A DNA stretch of 50,437 nt, from positions 1-50,437 of IMG/VR virus record IMGVR_UViG_3300044259_000059, one strand, 5' to 3'. Position 1 is the first letter of the stretch. Each line of letters starts with the position of its first letter. The stretch comes from a virus (lineage: Duplodnaviria; Caudoviricetes). A model generated the notes under the pieces. It saw nothing but the letters and a program-made list of their open reading frames with translations. It did not search any database and had not been told where the DNA came from. Below are positions 46,257 through 50,437 of this stretch, piece after piece. The translations under genes and the position numbers were made by a program.

Positions 46257-47330
46257 TCAGCTGAATATTGTACCCTTCCATACCTGAGCCGGTTTACATT
46301 CGTAGCAATCTGACAGAGTGGTATCAAACACGAGGATAAGGTGTTGCATCCTTCCGGAGTACTCAGCCTTGAATTGGGATAGCTTACCATACTGCGCGTC
46401 TCTGCTCATCATGGTATACCTGTTCACGGAGTTGGTATCCAAAATCTTCTGAATCACGATCATGTTAGCCTTAAACGCGATCATGTTGGCAATTACAGCC
46501 TTAATAGCCTCGTTGCTCTCCATGTTCTTGCAGATCACATTGGAAGCCTTACAGGAAATCAGGACGTTTAGCTGTATCCCATGGCTGCGCCTGTCTGTCT
46601 GTACGATAGCTGGCATACTGGAAAAGTCAACGGCCTCGCCTCCCTGTACGATTATATACTGACCGTACCCGGGTCCGGATGAGCACCCGCAATCGACATC
46701 GTTATCGTAAGGAGCTGCTGATCCTGTACGTTGCCATGCAAAGTAATACACCAGCGGAACGCCATCCTGAGCCAGTGGCAGAGAGCCAGTAAGGCCGAAG
46801 TTTACAGCGTTTGCACCGGTACGGGTTGCAGTGAATGTACCTTCATTAAGCAACTCGAATGATCCGCTATAGGGTAATTCCTTGTATATAGCCCAATCAT
46901 AGGAGCCTACCGTATTAACGAATATCCGACCGCCGTTCACCTTCATCTCCGCGTCCGTATCCTCGATCCCGGTGATCTTCAGGAACTGAACCGGCTGTTT
47001 AGGCTTCAGGCTACCTGAGTACCCTGTTTGCCCTATATCCCCTTTATAGGCATTTTTAGCCATTTTGGCGGCACCTGTTATGCTTGCAAGTAAATCTATC
47101 TCAAATTGATTTGCGGCCGCTGGAAGGGCATCTATGCACCACTGAGCGAACGTGCTGCAATCGTTGTCTATTTTTATCTCATTAAGAGACGGCGCCCCCT
47201 GTATCTGATCCATGAATACACCCATGGTCGATGTGGCCAATTTTTCTTTGTCTGCATCAGATACGCCCTGTAATGCGCACGTACAGTTTGTGGTAGAAAC
47301 ACCGACGAGATTAGTTAAACATTCTAACAT
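46257..47330 (-). CDS. Head-tail adaptor-like structural protein
   Basis: First large gene after the capsid; Cys-rich; promoter TAAATTTG at 47347-47354. Confidence 0.55.
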   Translation of the reverse strand: MLECLTNLVGVSTTNCTCALQGVSDADKEKLATSTMGVFMDQIQGAPSLNEIKIDNDCSTFAQWCIDALPAAANQFEIDLLASITGAAKMAKNAYKGDIGQTGYSGSLKPKQPVQFLKITGIEDTDAEMKVNGGRIFVNTVGSYDWAIYKELPYSGSFELLNEGTFTATRTGANAVNFGLTGSLPLAQDGVPLVYYFAWQRTGSAAPYDNDVDCGCSSGPGYGQYIIVQGGEAVDFSSMPAIVQTDRRSHGIQLNVLISCKASNVICKNMESNEAIKAVIANMIAFKANMIVIQKILDTNSVNRYTMMSRDAQYGKLSQFKAEYSGRMQHLILVFDTTLSDCYECKPAQVWKGTIFS

Positions 47331-47399
47331 GTGGTAATATTTTAGTCAAATTTACTGCTTTGCAACTTAATAGATCGTTTGCATTGCAGCATAAACACG

Positions 47400-47450
47400 A
47401 AAAAGCCCGTCCTTTAAAGAACGGGCCTCCCTGTTAAACCCAACATTTGT
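47400..47450 (-). terminator. Terminator with UUUAAA loop and upstream segment (unit E)
   Basis: GCCCGTTC/GGACGGGC stem at 47405-47426 plus T run. Confidence 0.7.
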
Positions 47451-47451
47451 A

Positions 47452-47646
47452 TTATGACTGTTCGTCGGGGTCTGTATTTGGTGTATCTTCTGATGTTTCC
47501 ATTTCAATGATTCCGGCAGCGTAGGCGTTCTCGAAATCAGCGTGGGTCACATTTTGTGCATTGGTCTGATTGACTACCCCACTTTGTCTTTGTTTCATCA
47601 CGAACTCGGCAAATTCTACGAGGTCGCGGGATGTGTACTTACCCAT
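47452..47646 (-). CDS. Small stand-alone (moron-like) protein, 64 aa
   Basis: Own promoter-like TATCTTTA (47663-47670) and terminator; DLVEF...VTHADFEN. Confidence 0.65.
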   Translation of the reverse strand: MGKYTSRDLVEFAEFVMKQRQSGVVNQTNAQNVTHADFENAYAAGIIEMETSEDTPNTDPDEQS

Positions 47647-47716
47647 AGTTTTATATTTTGAGTAAAGATAAAGGAGAGATATAACAATCAGACAGGGGAT
47701 TTTTCCGGTATTTTAT

Positions 47717-47799
47717 AAAAAAGCCCGGAGTATAAACCCCGGGCCGTTATCACTTCGCCAACATGTCTAACTATCTCTAGCTATCCATTGTTTTATTAT
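47717..47799 (-). ncRNA. Candidate sRNA F
   Basis: TATATTTG at 47805-47812 with TTTG 19 nt upstream; stem 47723-47744, UUUAUA loop, U tract. Confidence 0.6.
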
Positions 47800-47843
47800 C
47801 AGGTCAAATATAGTAATAATCCCAACAATTCCAAAACTTTATT

Positions 47844-47912
47844 AAAATAAAAACCCCCGCTTAGACAAGCGAGGGAGCACATGAGCAACTAGGTGGCTGA
47901 TAGTTCGTTGTA
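47844..47912 (-). ncRNA. Candidate sRNA G
   Basis: TACATTTG at 47918-47925; stem 47854-47875, UGUCUA loop, U tract. Confidence 0.55.
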
Positions 47913-47928
47913 GGATACAAATGTATGT

Positions 47929-48028
47929 AAAAAAAAGAAACTCACGGGAATGTTCCGTGAGTCCTTTTAACGATTTCCTTGTCGGGTAGTTTCGTTCCGC
48001 CTGCATGAGTGATCTAAACCCGGAGACG
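47929..48028 (-). ncRNA. Candidate sRNA H
   Basis: TATATTTG at 48034-48041; stem 47940-47962, U tract. Confidence 0.55.
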
Positions 48029-48058
48029 TAGAACAAATATAGGGAATTATTTTAAATG

Positions 48059-48102
48059 AAAAACCCGGGCGTAGAAACGTCCGGGTTCAACATGTGTCAA
48101 GA
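48059..48102 (-). ncRNA. Candidate sRNA I / capsid-gene terminator
   Basis: TAACTTTG at 48108-48115; stem 48062-48087, UUUCUA loop, U tract. Confidence 0.5.
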
Positions 48103-48121
48103 TATGGCAAAGTTATAATCC

Positions 48122-49174
48122 TCAGCTTGTGGCTACTACCTTGGTAAAGGAGAGTACGCCGGTTGGGTTGCTGGTAGTGCCGTTCACTGTGACAGGGCAA
48201 CCGGTTGGGTTTAACCACATACCACCAGTGAATTTAATCTTCCAGCTGTGAATGATGTGGCTATCGTCGTTCTCATCGACTGTACAAGTCAGTTTGTAGA
48301 ACACATCGTATTTGATGCCCGGCAAGGTTGGAGAAGAGATAGTATAGCGAGTCTGCTGTACATCTCCCGGAACCAGTGTAGGTGCATCAGGGTTACGAGT
48401 ACGAGACGCCAGAGCGACAGCACCCGGGCTGATCATGAAGGTATCAACGGTCAGATTCGCTTTCTTAAACCCTCTGAAGTCAAAGTCAATAGGGAGCAAA
48501 TCGGAGCGTTTGCCATCACCGGAACCGTCCGCATTGGTACGGTCGATGTCAGCATTTTTGTAAGCCTTCCACAGGCTACCGTCATCGATCAGATACGCAC
48601 CGCTGATCTCATTCAGGTCAGCCATGAGCGTCATGTCGAGGAACAGGTCTACGCCTGCATACTTAGCAGCCGGAACCTCAGTAGTTTTATCTACTGCATT
48701 GTATTCGTAATCACCCTCAGCCACGTTAACGCCAGCGAAGGTATTCAGGAACACGAGAGACTGGGTATTGATATACTCATCCATCGCTTTCAGAGCGGTA
48801 GCCATACGACGCGCTACTACTTCCTCCTGAGTGTACTCATTGGTACGGAAATCCTCTTCGTCCACAGCGAAAGTAATTTCGCGTTTCATATTCAGGGCGT
48901 AGTCCTGAGAGCTGGTGGACGGTAATGTACCCTCGATAGTACAGTCGTTGGTCACGTCCTGTGTTTCGAGGTCACAGGTATTAACCCATGTAACGCGGAG
49001 CTGGCGGTCCTTGTCTTTCTCCTGAAGAGGTGCGAAGAAAGTCGCGGTTTGTTTGGAAAGGATCGTTTGCGCGGTTACTGCATAGGTTTTGAACTCCTGC
49101 ATGAACCGTGAATCCTTCCACATTTCCTCGACTTTCAGGGATATTTTAGCTAAAACTGAAGCTGTTAAAGACAT
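48122..49174 (-). CDS. Major capsid protein
   Basis: 350 aa after the scaffold, followed by a strong terminator. Confidence 0.8.
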   Translation of the reverse strand: MSLTASVLAKISLKVEEMWKDSRFMQEFKTYAVTAQTILSKQTATFFAPLQEKDKDRQLRVTWVNTCDLETQDVTNDCTIEGTLPSTSSQDYALNMKREITFAVDEEDFRTNEYTQEEVVARRMATALKAMDEYINTQSLVFLNTFAGVNVAEGDYEYNAVDKTTEVPAAKYAGVDLFLDMTLMADLNEISGAYLIDDGSLWKAYKNADIDRTNADGSGDGKRSDLLPIDFDFRGFKKANLTVDTFMISPGAVALASRTRNPDAPTLVPGDVQQTRYTISSPTLPGIKYDVFYKLTCTVDENDDSHIIHSWKIKFTGGMWLNPTGCPVTVNGTTSNPTGVLSFTKVVATS

Positions 49175-49216
49175 TTTGGTTTAGTTTAAATGGGTAAAAA
49201 AATTGCTTTAAAGGGG

Positions 49217-50131
49217 TTATTTTCCCGGGTTGTCCGCTTCCCACTGGTCGAGTATTGCCCTCCTTTCATCGAGGGTAAATTTAGGGTCTCTTGACATTGC
49301 TACTGCTGCATCGAATGTCGTAGGACGCTGTACGCCGGCTGGGTAGCCTTTCTTTGGGGGTGCAGACTGCCTGCTGTCGTTCTTATTGCCCGGTGCATTA
49401 CCGCCGTTGTTCTTCTTTGCTCCGAAGAACTTCAGGCCGTAGTCGGCTATAACATCGTTATACTCGACATTGTGCCCGTGAGCATCTGTAGCGACTTGGC
49501 CCTCTTTGGTATTTACGATAATGTCCTCGCCTTGTAGGTCAAAATCGTATGCCTTGTGAATGGCGTCAAAGAATGCCGCAAGCTGGAATTCTGCGATCTC
49601 CTTATCCTCCGGTAAGTTTGGATTAAGGCCGCTTAAGTGTTTGAGACCCCTATCGCGAATTACTACGCCTGCTTTCTCTTTGGCGAACTGGGTTTTCACT
49701 GCCTCTACAGCACTGGTTCCCTCTGCCTTCGCCGCGTCCAGCTGTCTTTTAAACTCCCTTTGCATATTGATGTATGCAGGGTGTTTCTTAACGGCGTCTT
49801 CTGTCGCTGGGGTATCGGTTGTTTGCTGGCTCAGTATTTCTGCTACTAAGTCAAGCCCTTTTGTCTCAGAGGTTAGACCATATGTCTCGCGGAGTTCCTT
49901 TTCAAACTTAGTCATAGTTTCGGCCAACGCCTTGCTATAACCATCCTGATAAGTCATTCCTTTTTTAGGCGCCAGCTTATTCACTCGGGCGGTGTCTACT
50001 GCCAGTACCTTTGCGAGAATAGAATCCTCGTTAACATCTTCGCCGGTTTCGTCAATCAGTTCGGCGATCTGACCCTCGTCCAGTTTTAATGCTGTGGACA
50101 ACAGCCCCATAAAGATTTTTTTGTAATCCAT
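49217..50131 (-). CDS. Capsid scaffolding protein
   Basis: Coiled coil with Gly/Asn-rich linker, directly upstream of the capsid gene. Confidence 0.7.
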   Translation of the reverse strand: MDYKKIFMGLLSTALKLDEGQIAELIDETGEDVNEDSILAKVLAVDTARVNKLAPKKGMTYQDGYSKALAETMTKFEKELRETYGLTSETKGLDLVAEILSQQTTDTPATEDAVKKHPAYINMQREFKRQLDAAKAEGTSAVEAVKTQFAKEKAGVVIRDRGLKHLSGLNPNLPEDKEIAEFQLAAFFDAIHKAYDFDLQGEDIIVNTKEGQVATDAHGHNVEYNDVIADYGLKFFGAKKNNGGNAPGNKNDSRQSAPPKKGYPAGVQRPTTFDAAVAMSRDPKFTLDERRAILDQWEADNPGK

Positions 50132-50158
50132 GATACGAAAGTAGTTATTTTTTCTAAA

Positions 50159-50344
50159 TTACTCCTTTGTGAGAGTTGTTTGTTCTTTTTGTGCCTTCTT
50201 TTTAAGAATCGCCAGCGCCTCCGGGGGAACTGGAACTTCTAATACCTTAAAGGCTTTTAATAGGCCGGGCCGTCTTTGTATCTCAGCCCATTGTTCCGGA
50301 TCGATAGTTGAAACGACTCCGGTCTTTGTGTTTACGATCTTCAT
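50159..50344 (-). CDS. Small head-module protein, 61 aa
   Basis: Between 38-310 and the scaffold across the circular join; VPPEALA motif. Confidence 0.6.
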   Translation of the reverse strand: MKIVNTKTGVVSTIDPEQWAEIQRRPGLLKAFKVLEVPVPPEALAILKKKAQKEQTTLTKE

Positions 50345-50437
50345 ATGCTAACTGCTTTTAGTTTCAGCTAATGCCAGTACCTCCGGGGGAACAGCTGCCA
50401 GTTCTTTATAACCCATCTTGTCGGCTGGTAGCTTCTC
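50311..50437. repeat. End overlap identical to 1-127
   Basis: Exact repeat. Confidence 0.95.

Noticed and set aside
47842-48036. 64-aa ORF across the sRNA array
   Set aside because: TTG start lies inside a promoter box and the ORF crosses two terminators
47700-48115. CRISPR mini-array or Cas12a-repeat mimic (TTTCTAC/GTAGA)
   Set aside because: No identical repeats at regular spacing; TTTCTAC forms the loop here, not the stem as in Cas12a repeats; no cas genes
48203-48214. 12-nt match between unit E and the 3' end of the capsid CDS
   Set aside because: A single match inside coding sequence far from any start codon; compatible with chance
1-50310. Stop-codon reassignment
   Set aside because: All long genes are intact in the standard code; the two suspicious stops are different codons (TGA, TAA)
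454-50351. Plus-strand ORFs in the six-frame track
   Set aside because: They lie antisense to well-supported genes or in gaps and show no recognisable motifs; treated as shadows

Overview
The window is a complete, circularly assembled genome of a tailed dsDNA phage with a siphovirus-like gene set: 50,310 bp of unique sequence plus a 127-bp end overlap. Every credible gene is on the minus strand. Recurrent TAnnTTTG/TTTG promoters, A-rich leaders and a DUF3127-type SSB point to a Bacteroidota host. In transcription order the modules are: small early genes; a C5 methyltransferase with a nested second subunit; RecT/YqaJ recombination; an HTH replication initiator with internal iterons; nucleases and a ClpP-like protease; three glycosyltransferases; terminase, portal, MuF, scaffold and capsid; neck and tail genes with a -1 frameshifted chaperone, tape measure, Ig-repeat tail tip, displaced tail tube and beta-helix tailspike; and a lysis cassette. 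No integrase, CRISPR array, tRNA or reverse transcriptase was recognised. The main observation is a family of about nine short non-coding minus-strand units, each an unstructured segment followed by a GC-rich hairpin, usually with a U-N-U-N-W-A hexaloop. Several are complementary to translation-initiation regions of distant genes of the same phage. Units in the early/middle region match the capsid, tail-tube, adaptor and neck leaders (one matches the capsid leader in three blocks of 13+12+11 nt). The unit after the endolysin matches the leaders of four early genes. A tandem promoter-RNA-terminator array after the capsid gene has no strong phage target and may act on host mRNAs. This suggests a phage-encoded trans-antisense sRNA network timing early versus late translation. 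The complementarities are visible in the sequence; expression and function are inference. All protein calls come from motif recognition by eye, not database searches.
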